Notes under the pieces: generated by a model | Seen by the model: only the letters and a program-made list of their open reading frames with translations | Databases searched by the model: none | Told to the model about the DNA's origin: nothing | Shown here: one piece after another, positions 36,301 to 48,100 of the stretch | Layout of the letters: each line of letters starts with the position of its first letter | Numbering within the stretch: the first letter of the stretch is position 1 | From: Azolla caroliniana | Lineage: Eukaryota; Plantae; Polypodiophyta | Assembly: GCA_043228905.1 (NCBI GenBank) | Contig: JBHGNT010000007.1 | Coordinates: 8,556,001-8,620,000, forward strand | Length of the DNA stretch: 64,000 bases | Direction of reading: 5' to 3' | Program-made: the position numbers and the translations under genes

Positions 36301-39300
36301 AAGGGAGTTCGATGAACGACGACATGTAACGGCATGGTGAAGTCCGCCAAATAGCGTATCATCCGGTTGTGCCATCGTATTTGCCCTAAAAACTGGCTGA
36401 GTGATTTCGTATTTGTCGGCGTTTTCGCGTGAGTAATCGCGGAGATTTTATTCGGATCGACCGCTATCCCTTCCTTGCTGACTATATGGCTGAGGAGATC
36501 CCGCTGGTAACGCCTAAGGCGCATTTGGTGGGATTCAGGCTTAGACATGCGGTTTGGCAACGCTCCAGGCAAAGCTGCAAATGCGTAAAATGGTCGGTTG
36601 TTGTCCCATATACCGCAAAATCATCTAAAAAAACTTGCATGAAGGCTGGAATGTATTCCCCAAAAATCTTCGTGATTGTCCATTAAAATGTCGTCGGTGC
36701 CGTCTTTAGCCCGAACATCATGTTGATTGCGACATAGACTCCCCCGTCCGTGACAAACGCCATCTTCTCTTGGTCGTCGGGGTGCATGCGTACTTGGTTG
36801 TACCCACTGAAGCCATCTAAAAAGTTGTACATGTCATGCCCCGTGACGGTGTCCAGTACGCTATCGGTGAACGGTAAAGGGAGTGCGTATGTAATGGTTA
36901 CGACGTTCAATTTCTGGTAGTCCACGAATACAGATATTTTGCCATTTTTCTTTGGTACGACTACTATCGGGCTCAACCATGTAGCTTGTTTAACTGATCG
37001 TATGAATTTGGCCTTGAGGAGTTTGTCAATTTCTTCTTTTACGCGGACCGCGTAGTTTGGGTTCATACGGCATCGACGCTGATGGACCGGTTTCACGTCG
37101 GTTGCTAAATTGAACTTATGTTGATAGAAATTTGGATCTAACCCCTTCATGTCCTCGTGGGCCCACGCGAACACATCTTTATACTTCTTGAGTAGTGCTA
37201 TCATCGCGTCTCTCTGATCCGGCAGTAATTCTTTTGCGATGGAGAGGAATCAGGGTTCTGACGCCATACCCACGTTTACTTCTTCCAGGGCTAAGGCGGT
37301 GACTCGCCGTGAAATTTCCATTTCCCTCTCGAACGCTGCCCGTGCTCGGCTTACTTCTAATATTGACTTCGAGTTTGGTTCGTAAACCTCGTCGTGCAGT
37401 GTAGCGGGCGTGGCATATTCCACCGCGGTTTCGATGACGTCGATTTCGAACAGTGGAATAATCCGAGGGTGCTCGTCTAGGTATATCTCTAATTCTGTAT
37501 CATCCACCCCAACCAACATATTTATATCCTCCATGTACAATGGTCTCATGCCCTTGGGTTGTGCCGCCATTTGCTCTGTTGGTACGCGGACCTTGGTGCG
37601 TCCACGTCGAAAGTTGATACACTTGTGTTGTGAGCTCTGCTTGATATTCGCTGAACGAAGCCACAGTCTGCCCAGCAGCATAGGATACGCTCCTGGAGCG
37701 TCAAGGGCGAGGACTACCACCGAGATGTCGAAGCGATGTCCTCCCACGATAATGCCTACCTTGTGTATCAAGCCCAATGGTCGTACTTAGCGGGTATCCG
37801 CCATGCAAAGCCAAAACGGGCAAGCTTCCCATTCTGAAATTCCCAATTCTTCACATGTCTTCACGCTAATTACATTAACGCCCGAGCCGCCATCGATTAC
37901 GCATCCTAGGATTTCCTGACCGTGTAGTATCAACTTAATAGCCGGATCGTGGTCATCCACCACTGATGGTCCGGCGCTAATGTAAATTTGCGGCGACGCT
38001 TCCCCAGGTCTGTCCGTCATCCGCTCTTCCACGGCCTGGTGGAATCGTGGGACTAGTTGCAGTAGCTTCTCCATGGTTAACGTTATCTCGCATCGTGTCA
38101 ATGCTTGCCATATGGGATCCGGAGATGGTCCCTGTTCCTCCAATAGTTGCACCATGTTTGCAGACTCCTTCCGCATGCGTTCCGTATTTGCCGAGTTTGC
38201 TTTTTCAACCCATGCTTGGGTTGTCTGTCGTATCTCATCTTGCGCGGCCCAATCAACATTTTCTGTTTGCTGACGTGTCGTGACTTGCTGTACTTCCGTC
38301 GTAATCGTATTGACGGCGGGCCCCTTGCCCTTGCGTACTGGGCATTATGTAACATAATGTCCGGGTTGTTGACAAACAAAACAATGGATGCTAGATTCCC
38401 CCTTCTCGGCCCCTGGTGGTGTGTGCCGATCCCCAGGTGTGACTTGCTCCTCCCGGTACTGATTCGTTCGTCAGAGTGTACCCGGTGGTTGCTGTTGGTC
38501 CCGACGCGGTTCCTAGTGTCGGTCATCGTCTGAACTTTCGTCGTACCGCCGTTGGTCCTGATATTGACGATGCTTTCCGCGAGGCCCATTGAAGCTACCA
38601 CGTTTGTTCGTCGGACGGTAATTCTCATAGCGTCGACCCCCTTTAGTATTTCTGTGGTTGCCACGGTAGTCTTCATCCTCCGACTAGTCTTCCTCGAAAT
38701 CGTTGTGATTCCGGCGATTCTGGTAGTGCCGGTCATCGCGTGGGTTCCGATCCATATACCGTGGTCGTTCTTCTTTCCGCCTTTGTCCATTAGGGCGTGG
38801 GGGATGCTGTGTTTCAACGCTGCATATTGTGGGCGTGTGATCTATTCAACATATTGTACTCGATCTGCTCAACTGTGTGAGCGTTCAAGTGACAGATTGG
38901 ACAGTGGATTCGCATGTTGCATTCAACTGCGGAATGCCCCGAATTCAAGCAAATCGTGCACTGGATCGCTTGGTGAAAATGTCCTTCCTCGTCCTCAAGT
39001 AACACTTGTCGTAATGAGGACATGGAAAACCTTTCCTCTTCTTCGTCTAGCTCGAGTTGTAGCGCTCTTTCTATGACCATATCGGTTGTTTCCCCTTTGA
39101 CGCTATTTTTGTTGAGCGTTGTCCCTATGGGTCGTCGTAATGCTGCCAGAAATGTCTCCCTATCCTCGTCCTCCGTCGGGCCCCGTTCTAATTTCTGTCG
39201 TAGATTTTGGAAGCGTAAATTGAAATCCACTACTGTCTCGGTCGGCAACTGTTTAATTCTGTAAAACTGCCCGAGGATTTTGCGTTGCAACACCCTCCGA

Positions 39301-40296
39301 TGAAAAAACAACAGAAAGGCTGACTGCAACTAGTCGAAGGTCGTGATTGCTGGCAGATCCATCTGCGAATGCCAAAACGCCGCTCGGCCATCCAAGGTTA
39401 ATCTGAACTCCGTCATTTTGGACTAGTGCACTACTACTTCGGAAAGGGTCTGCGCCATATGGTTTGCATTCTAGACATTAAGGAACAATCGGATGTGGGT
39501 TACGGCGTCGGTTTCGCCGTTGAAACGGGGATAAGCAAAGGCCATGCTGGATGCTACGGCGGGCAGGTAAGGACCATAGTGCTTTTGTGGTGAGCGCGCT
39601 TCCTGCGTATCGCCGAGGTATTTGGGGAGCGAGAAATTGTCTTTGTGGTTCCAAGAGGTATCACTGAGATCACTGAGGCGCGGCTTTTGCCATGCGCGTT
39701 CCTCTGCCTAGCGTGTGATGGACCTTGTGATTGGTCGGTCTTGTCGTGTTAGTTCTATAAGGCGTTTGCGGCTAAACATCCATTTGTCGATGTTCGTCTG
39801 TGAGAAGACATAGATCACTAGGCATGCCAAAAGTGTTACTGATTAGGAACACGGTCCACGGTCAGTCCTTCAACCTAGACCTCAAACTGACTGTGTTGCA
39901 ATGAATGGTATCGTCGTAGTGGGATACCTCCCGTATCCTAGTAGCGTATAAGGGAGACAGCTACAACCAAACTCCTTAGACAGTGGACTAGCAACCACAC
40001 TGTTCTTCACGCCTACAGTCTTACGACTGCACTACGCCACCCAAGAATCACAGACACATAGTTGATTAACCACAAATACCAATAGGAATCAAAGAAGATA
40101 GAACTCTATTAAAATACGCCTTCTACATTGAAAATTACACACTCCCTCTATCAGAGGTTTTCTGCCCTTTATATACGCAGGGCAGGGTCTTTTAGCCGTT
40201 CACGCTTCCCGCGTGAACCATTTACATGCGTTACAATATTACTCTATTCTTTATTACTCTGCTCTTGTCCGTCGGTTATTATTCCGGCGGACAACA
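33338..40296 (-). mobile_element. Element E: degenerate non-chromovirus Gypsy, 3'-truncated; 5' LTR 39834-40296
   Basis: LTR termini TGTT...AACA. PBS TGGCATGCCTAGTG (plus 39816-39829) resembles a tRNA-Arg(UCU) PBS with two C>T changes. Contains gag remnants, VIDGGSGVN protease, FLDGFSGYNQ RT, RNase H, a partly deleted integrase and accessory ORFs at 33340-34919. Confidence 0.9.
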
Positions 40297-40944
40297 CTCT
40301 TAGGTGATGACTTTATGGGAGAAAATATTTCCATTCATGCAAAAAACTGAAACAATACATATGATCGCGTAAAATGATTTGTATCAATATTGTCACTGGT
40401 TGTATTTCTTGGTGTGAAAACAATATCGAAGTAGTACTATTTAATTTCCTTAAACATTTAAACTTTCTCGCAAGTAGGCTATGTTTCCATAAATCCAAAG
40501 AATTGAAGGAATACATCTAATTCCTTCGAAAGATTTTTTGTCACTGTTGTCATTAGTTATATTTTTTGGTGTGAAAACAATATCGGAGTCCTACTATTTA
40601 ATTTCCCTGAACATAGTCTCTATTTTCTTTTTATAAGTAATTTCAATTTACGTTTTATCAAGTCATGTTGGCCAAGTGGTTAAGGCTTGTGCCTTCTATG
40701 TACATTGCATCTCCTCCTAAGAGGATTGGTGTGAAAACAATATCAGAGTAGTACTATTGAATATCCCTAAACATTTAGACTTTGTCGTGAGTAGACTGTG
40801 TTTCCATACATCCAAAGAACGGAAAGGATACATGTAATTGCTTCGAAAGATTTGTGTCACTATTGTCATTGGTTGTATTTCTTGTTGCGAAAACAATATT
40901 GGAGTAGTACTATTTCATTTCCCTAAACATATATACTTTCTCGC
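40297..40944 (+). repeat. 156-bp satellite with tRNA-Ser fragments, block 3
   Basis: Same monomer. tRNA 3' fragment at 40297-40309 and a partial copy at 40662-~40723. Confidence 0.9.
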
Positions 40945-41382
40945 TCGACACCAACCTTCACGGGCCGAACCGTTTCTTCTACTCGTATGCTCGTCTCCCC
41001 TTTTCGGCTTGATTCTCATTCCTCTGTTTGTAAAGGTCGACTCGTCTCCACATCATCCTTCTTTTTCGCGTTCCTTGTTTCATGCCTTTTTGATGGGCCT
41101 TGCTCTTCTATTCTCTTTCTGTTAACTCTTCGGGCCGGACAATGGCCTAACACAGGGTGTCTATGGGAGACACTTCACCAAAGGGTGTTACGGCAACCGG
41201 ATTAGACTTCAACGCTTAATCCGACTTAATCAAGTTACTTATTAGGATCGTCTTCATAACACGCGTAAGATATAACAATTAAGACAGAACGGCAATTAAC
41301 ACAGAGATATAACAACGCTTAAGCTTTCATTAATTAACTGCTAACTATTATATTGTATCCGGGCCTTTAAATAGGTTTCCTG

Positions 41383-44300
41383 TGTCGTGCCTTTCGGCTC
41401 CGGATCGTTGCGTGAGTCGGGTGGGAACCGCTGGGGTTTTGGACTAGGAGAAAGAAAAATACAAATAAGGCTAGTAAAGAATAGGTATAAAGAGTTATAA
41501 GATAAGAATCTCGTGAATCCCACGAGTTTAGTATATTTAGTCAATATTTAGGTAGTAAGAGAGAATTATTTTAGCAAATTCGTGAATCCCACGAATATTT
41601 TAGATTGATTGACCATTATAGAAAAATAATCAACAAAAACTACAATGTGCTCCCCGTCCTTATATAGTGATGGGAGAGACTAAGCATAGCTACATGCTTT
41701 TTCTAATATGTTCATGCACACTAAATGTGCATGTGATGCTTTTCTAATCCTTGCTTTTATTTGCTAAATATAGTGCTCATGCACGCTAGATGTGCATGAG
41801 TCACTTTTTAGTTGCTTGCGTTTTTCTATAAAATATTCACGCACTCTAAAAATACATGATTTACCTTTTTAATAAAGGTAGGCGCAAATAAAGCACTTAT
41901 AGTTATTAAATCTATTTATAGAACACTAAAGATAAGGTAGCATAATGATAAAGTTGAGGTTTGACTACGTGGAGGTACAAGGTTCAAATCTTGCCCTATG
42001 CACGTGATAAATATCTTGATTATTCTTATTTTATTTATTTATATGTAATTAAATCGGTTATATTATTTTTACTTTTTCACGTAGTGTACGAAATACACTA
42101 CGACACTCGCCCCCTCCGAACCCGCACATCCTCCGGTATGTGCCGAAGTTGCCGATGCTCGTTGTCTCCCCTTCATCCTCCGTTTGTCCCGCTATGTCAA
42201 CTTTGTCTCTCCATTTTGAGTAGACCCATTCTTTCCACCCGAACCATTGTCGCCATCCGATCCACCATATTCTTTGTTCTCTCTCGTCATATTCTTGGCC
42301 CTTGTCATTCGTGGTAGTGTCTTTTACTGGCCTCTTTCTTGTCTTCATCAACCTTGACTCTTTTCCGGATCGCTCTCGTCCGATCAACTTTCGGTTTGAT
42401 CGGCTTCCGATCGGATTCGTATTCGGCCGAATCGGAATCGGTTGTTCGGTTTCGATTGAGTCGGTCTCCTTCCGGCCCGGTTTCGATCTATCGGTTTCGG
42501 TTTCGGTTGGCTTTCTTTTCCTCGTTTTCACCAACCTCGACCGGTCCAACCTCCGATTGAGTCGGATTAGCTTCTTTCCGGATCGGTCTCGTCCGATCAG
42601 CTTTCGGCTAGGTCGGCTTCCATCCATATTCGCGTTCGGCCAAGTCAGACTCGGTCGATCGGTTTTGACCAAGTCGACCCCTTTTCGGGTAGGCTTTCTT
42701 TCGGGTCGTCTTTCGGCCGAATCCTCATTCGCCCGATTCAGCTTTCGTTTGTGTCGTCTTTCGGCCGAATTCTCTTCCTTTCGGTTCGGCTTTCTTTTGG
42801 GTCGACTTTCGGTCGAATCCTCTTTTACCCGGTTCGGCTTTCTTTCGGATCGGAATCCCGTCCGGATCACCTTCCATCCTAACTGGCTTCCGACTTTACC
42901 TTTCTTGCCGCCACCTCCCGTCTCTCCGGTCTCACGTTGGTTCTCGGACACAACCGCCGAAGTCTCTAGAATTAGTGGGTAGGAATCCTCGGTATTATCA
43001 TCCTCTGTCATTTCAACCATAGCCTCCTTCGCGGCTATCTCTCCGTCGTATGAATCGGCTTCGACCTTTGTTTTCTCTCCACCACCTTCCGTCTCTTCGG
43101 TCTCACGTTGCCTTTCGAACGCAACCGCCGGAGTCTCTAGAATCAGTGGTGGGGAAGTCTCGATATGCCCATCCGTCGTTGATTCGTCCATAGCCACCTT
43201 CGATTCGATGTCATCTTTTGTGGCGACCTCCTCAATCAAGTCCTCTTTGCTCTCTTTCACTGCATCAATTATGCTTACCCCTTTTTCACCCGATGTTTCA
43301 ATCACTTGTATTCTGAAATCTTCTTCTACACTTGGGTTATCGGCCTTATCCTTCGTTGTTGTTCTTTCGCAAGACAAGAGGGTAGCTTGTTTTACACCCT
43401 CTTCCATCGCACCATCATGTTGTATTTCGGCCTTCACATTGGCTCCATCGTTTGTCTTCAATCGACCATCCTTCATCGGCCATGTCGTTGACAAGATTCT
43501 CATCTTCCTCTCATCATGTCTCCGGCATACCCTTTGGACTTCGGCCCAATTTTCGGTAAGACCATTCGTACCGTCATCGTCTTCGAGTTCGATCCCGATG
43601 TCCATCCTTTCTTTTCGATCGATCGATTTTACGAACATTAGGACTTTATCCTCTCCCACCAACCGTTGTTCCCGCTCCGAGAGTTGAGCAAGACGATGCT
43701 CGAACTCTAGGAATGCTTGTGTTGCACTTCGGTGGGTCTTCTCCGATGCCACCCATTCGTCGAATTTTCGCCGATCTTGTCCCTTTGATCTCTTGTAATC
43801 ATATGCCTCTCGTAAAGCTTCTTCGAATGACCCCCATGTCGAGTTTTGTTGCCGTATCTTGTGGATTCTCTCTTGTAGCTCATCCGTGGCCACCCGATTG
43901 AAGGATGTCACTTGCAATCCTTCCGGTATCCCACATCGTATCATCTCCGCCTTGTAGTCACTTAGATAGCGTGACACATCGTTTCCGTTGAATTGTCCGT
44001 TTCGTTGTACGAGCCGCTTTACTGCCCCCGTGATCTCCGACATCACTTGTTGTTCTTGTAGCATCCGCTCGAACATCATCATCATCGTTATGCTCATTGC
44101 CTCTTGTTGATTCTCCATCTCCTTGCCACCCGCCTTCACGTCGGGTTCACCAACTGTGTCGTGCCTTTCGGCTCCGGATCGTTGCGTGAGTCGGGTGGGA
44201 ACCGCTGGGGTTTTGGACTAGGAGAAAGAAAAATACAAATAAGGCTAGTAAAGAATAGGTATAAAGAGTTATAAGATAAGAATCTCGTGAATCCCACGAG

Positions 44301-44879
44301 TTTAGTATATTTAGTCAATATTTAGGTAGTAAGAGAGAATTATTTTAGCAAATTCGTGAATCCCACGAATATTTTAGATTGATTGACCATTATAGAAAAA
44401 TAATCAACAAAAACTACAATGTGCTCCCCGTCCTTATATAGTGATGGGAGAGACTAAGCATAGCTACATGCTTTTTCTAATATGTTCATGCACACTAAAT
44501 GTGCATGTGATGCTTTTCTAATCCTTGCTTTTATTTGCTAAATATAGTGCTCATGCACGCTAGATGTGCATGAGTCACTTTTTAGTTGCTTGCGTTTTTC
44601 TATAAAATATTCACGCACTCTAAAAATACATGATTTACCTTTTTAATAAAGGTAGGCGCAAATAAAGCACTTATAGTTATTAAATCTATTTATAGAACAC
44701 TAAAGATAAGGTAGCATAATGGTAAAGTTGAGGTTTGACTACGTGGAGGTACAAGGTTCAAATCTTGCCCTATGCACGTGATAAATATCTTGATTATTCT
44801 TATTTTATTTATTTATATGTAATTAAATCGGTTATATTATTTTTACTTTTTCACGTAGTGTACGAAATACACTACGACA
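41383..44879 (-). mobile_element. Element D: young, tRNA-Trp-primed, gag-only LTR element; LTRs 41383-42105 and 44157-44879 (723 bp each)
   Basis: TGTCG...CGACA termini. LTRs near-identical (one difference seen, ATGATA vs ATGGTA). PBS at plus 44135-44152, PPT GGAGGGGGCGAG, 4-bp TSD CCTG/CCGG. Confidence 0.95.
42058..44118 (-). CDS. gag: Intact Gag-like protein of element D with acidic then Arg/Lys-rich repetitive C-terminus
   Basis: Uninterrupted ORF (693 aa from the GTG inside the PBS; first ATG at 44118). GQFNGNDVSRYL motif shared with the element H gag. Confidence 0.8.
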   Translation of the reverse strand: MENQQEAMSITMMMMFERMLQEQQVMSEITGAVKRLVQRNGQFNGNDVSRYLSDYKAEMIRCGIPEGLQVTSFNRVATDELQERIHKIRQQNSTWGSFEEALREAYDYKRSKGQDRRKFDEWVASEKTHRSATQAFLEFEHRLAQLSEREQRLVGEDKVLMFVKSIDRKERMDIGIELEDDDGTNGLTENWAEVQRVCRRHDERKMRILSTTWPMKDGRLKTNDGANVKAEIQHDGAMEEGVKQATLLSCERTTTKDKADNPSVEEDFRIQVIETSGEKGVSIIDAVKESKEDLIEEVATKDDIESKVAMDESTTDGHIETSPPLILETPAVAFERQRETEETEGGGEKTKVEADSYDGEIAAKEAMVEMTEDDNTEDSYPLILETSAVVSENQRETGETGGGGKKGKVGSQLGWKVIRTGFRSERKPNRVKEDSTESRPKRKPNRKEENSAERRHKRKLNRANEDSAERRPERKPTRKGVDLVKTDRPSLTWPNANMDGSRPSRKLIGRDRSGKKLIRLNRRLDRSRLVKTRKRKPTETETDRSKPGRKETDSIETEQPIPIRPNTNPIGSRSNRKLIGRERSGKESRLMKTRKRPVKDTTTNDKGQEYDEREQRIWWIGWRQWFGWKEWVYSKWRDKVDIAGQTEDEGETTSIGNFGTYRRMCGFGGGECRSVFRTLREKVKII

Positions 44880-45107
44880 CCGGTCTGTATTACAAAACGG
44901 TGCCCTCCGCACCTGTTCGGGATCGGTCCGGATCCGGAACAGCATAACGTTTCCGGTCCATCCGTCCACACTCATAGCTTAATTACAACCACATTCCTAC
45001 TACTTAATTAGCTCTCCATTTCCCACTCTAGACTCCTTTCCCAGCCGGTAACACATGGCACGCCCGTGGGACAGTACCTTGTACGTCGAATCCACAACCG
45101 ACCCTTG

Positions 45108-48100
45108 CTATTCTTCATCCAAAATGTCCAGAATGCTCTGTTCGAGAGGCTCCAATGGTTCATCTGGAAGTGGTTGTTGTTGTTGTTGTTGTTGCTGCTT
45201 TGTTGCTGTCTGCTGCGGCGGTTCCGTTGGTGGTTGCTGCGGCTGCTCCTCCAGTTGTGGCTCTGACACCGGCGTCTCCGTCGTTGCTCCCTGCGTCGTG
45301 GTGGTCTCCGGTTGACTGGTTCCCGGCTGGCCCTCAGCCGGCGACAGTTCCTCATCACTAAGGTTAACCGTTGTCGCTTCTCGTGCTTTTTCTTCCCGCA
45401 CCCGGGACCGCTCGTAGCTTTCAAACTGGATTTGAGCGTCCAGTCTATCATCGTCCAGCTGAGCTACGAGCTGCCTGACCTGCGCCAGCTGTTCATCTGC
45501 CAGGACTTGGAAGTCGTCGGCCAGGTCGTCCCGTATGGCGGTGAAGTCCTCGGAAGTCAACGTATAACAGTCATCTCCTTCCTTCCGTCAGTTTGGCACA
45601 TCCGCCCGTAGCAACTGGAGTTCCGCCGCGTTTTGTGCCCACTTTGTCCACCATTTTACGGAGCTTTCATCAATCAAGTGTTTCGTCTGATTCAGCCATG
45701 CCCGGAGGATGGACTGAATCCGGCTCGTTCCCAATTGCGATTTGGTTTCCACCGCTTGTCGTTCCTCCTTCAGTTGTTTGATGATTTTGACGTTGTCCTC
45801 CACCTGCACCTTGTAATGCGTCAATTGCCTTTGATATGTGCTTTGTAATTTCTGCAATACTGTTGACGCTCTCTCTTTGTCTTCCTACTGCTGCTTCTGG
45901 AGCTCCATCCGGACCTTCTCCACCTCTTCCAAGCGTCTTGTATTTTCCGCCCGTTTGTCGGCGATGGCCGTCGCAGCCCGATCAATTGCCTGCTGGAGCT
46001 CGACCATCCATTCTTTATGCTCCGTTTCCAGCCGTTTGTAGTCCCGGTGCAGGTGCTCAAAATCATCCGTCTTTTGCTTGAGCCATGCTTTGATCTGACG
46101 ACGGGCCCGGTCCTCGTGGTTCTTCTGCTGGCGGAGCGCTTCCCTTAGCCGTTCAATCTCTGTTTCCGCCGTTTTCCGCAGCTTGTCCTTTTCCTGCAGC
46201 ACTTTGTCTTTCTCCTCCTTTAGCCGATCGTACGCTTGATGGCCTTTCCGGAGGCTCTCCTCTGCCCGGCGGAGGTTCTTAGCAATCTTCTTTAATTCGG
46301 CTTCGGCCGTCGTCTTCAATTCTCGTTCAGGGCTCCTTAGCACTTCTTGTGTGGCAAGTTCCTCTCTCAATTCCGCAAGCTCCTGAGCTTGCATCGCATC
46401 TCGCCCCGGAATGGTTTCCGTTGCCGAGGTCTTATTGCTATGTACAGGTCGTTCCGTTTCATTATTCTGTACACTTACTGGAGTCACCGGTGATTGGATC
46501 CGTATTTTGGCCATCTCTATCGTGACCTAATCCAAGTCTTTTTCAAGGCACCGGATTCTGGACCGGGCCGTCTCTAGTTGTTCGGTTGTGACGAGCAACC
46601 GTTCGCTTTGCGCTCTTTCTTCCGCCTCTATATACCCCACTGCTCCGGCTATCTGTTCGCCTATCCACCAGAGCCACAGGCTACCGGTGCCTTGTTGTGC
46701 TTGCAAGGAGGTTTGACAGATGGGCTCACTTGTAGAGGGGTGGTCCCGCCTGGTTGCGCCGAGTTGCAGTTCCGTTTCTGCCCGTGGACCATCCTGCTGT
46801 CCTGGTTCCCCTTGCGCTTCTTCTTGGCTGACTGAGGGAAGCTGCAGTGACCTTTCCGGCTCTGGCGGGATGGGACTTGCCGGTGTTGCCGGTGGTGCCG
46901 GGGCTTCTGTTTCCGGTGCCATCTGCACCGGTTCCGGTTCCTTCCTTGGCGTGGGAGTCTCAGTATGGGGAACCGGTGTTCCCTCCATCTGAAGGTCCGA
47001 ACGTTTCCCGACTGTCTCAACGGTCCTTGCCGACGACCGTCGCTGGAGGTGCTCCGTAGGCTCCTCCTCTATTTCCTCCTCCTGAGCTCCGGCATTGAGT
47101 TTTGCCGCCAAGGGGTCCACTTCTCGATTCATTGGTCGGCGGAGTGTGACCTTTACGGGCCGTGCCGGTGGTTCCTCCTGCGCCTCCGTTGGGTGCTTCC
47201 GGCTGCCACTTCCTGCTGCCACTTCTTGCTGCCGCCTGTTCTGCATCCGCCGCCTTTCCCTTACTGGCCTTAGAGGCCAACAACTGTTGCCGTTTGGAAG
47301 CCGTCCTTGGGGTGCCGTCCACCACTCTTCTTCGCTTCTTGGGTTAGACGGTCTGAACGGGTGGCACCAGCAAGGTGAGCCAATGCGTTACGGCGTGCCA
47401 TATCCTTCGTCCGTCTCGGCCTTCTTTGCCGTCTTTGCCTCTGACGATCTCGATCGCCGCACACAACCCGTCTGCGATCAATACCGGCCAATCCACCTTG
47501 ATCCCTTCATAGGTGGCGATGATCATCCCTACCCGGTTCTGCGGCATGACAGGGGGTCTAGGGTACACGTGGCCGTATTCATGGAGCACACGAGCAATTT
47601 CGCGGAACAGCATATCTCCGCCGCCCTGTGTCCGGTAGCCCTTGCTGGCTAGAGAGTACTCACCAAAATACCTGATGAGTTGCTCCGGGGTTGGATTGTC
47701 GATCGTGAGTATGCCTCCCTCCGGAAGGCCTGTTAACGCTCGAATCGCCTCTGCCGTTATGACCTCTGTATCGATTTCCTTGATCACTTTGTTGGCTTCT
47801 TTGTGTGGCGGTACTTCCATCATCATCAAGAAGCCCTCGAGCCCGTGTTGCTTCAGCCATGTCTTGGCGGCTTCCGACAGCGTTTGCGGGTCCATCTCTG
47901 TGTCGGGGTCGGATTGCGGTGGCGAGGATGGATGGTGATGAGAGTGGGGTTGAGAAAGAGAGAGTTCAAAAGGCGGGGGTTCTCTGTGCGCAGGTTCTCG
48001 TCTGATGATCTTGCAGCGTTTCGGTGCTTCTGTGGTCCTGGGTTCGCGAAAGTAGAGGGTCTCTACGCGCAATGGTTTTTGTCTGTGCATTCTAGCGCCT

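Noticed and set aside
42302-43687. Long plus-strand ORFs antisense to gag and accessory ORFs (also 17568-18197, 34378-35079, 52141-52854)
   Set aside because: Ser/Phe/Leu-rich shadows of purine-rich coding strands.
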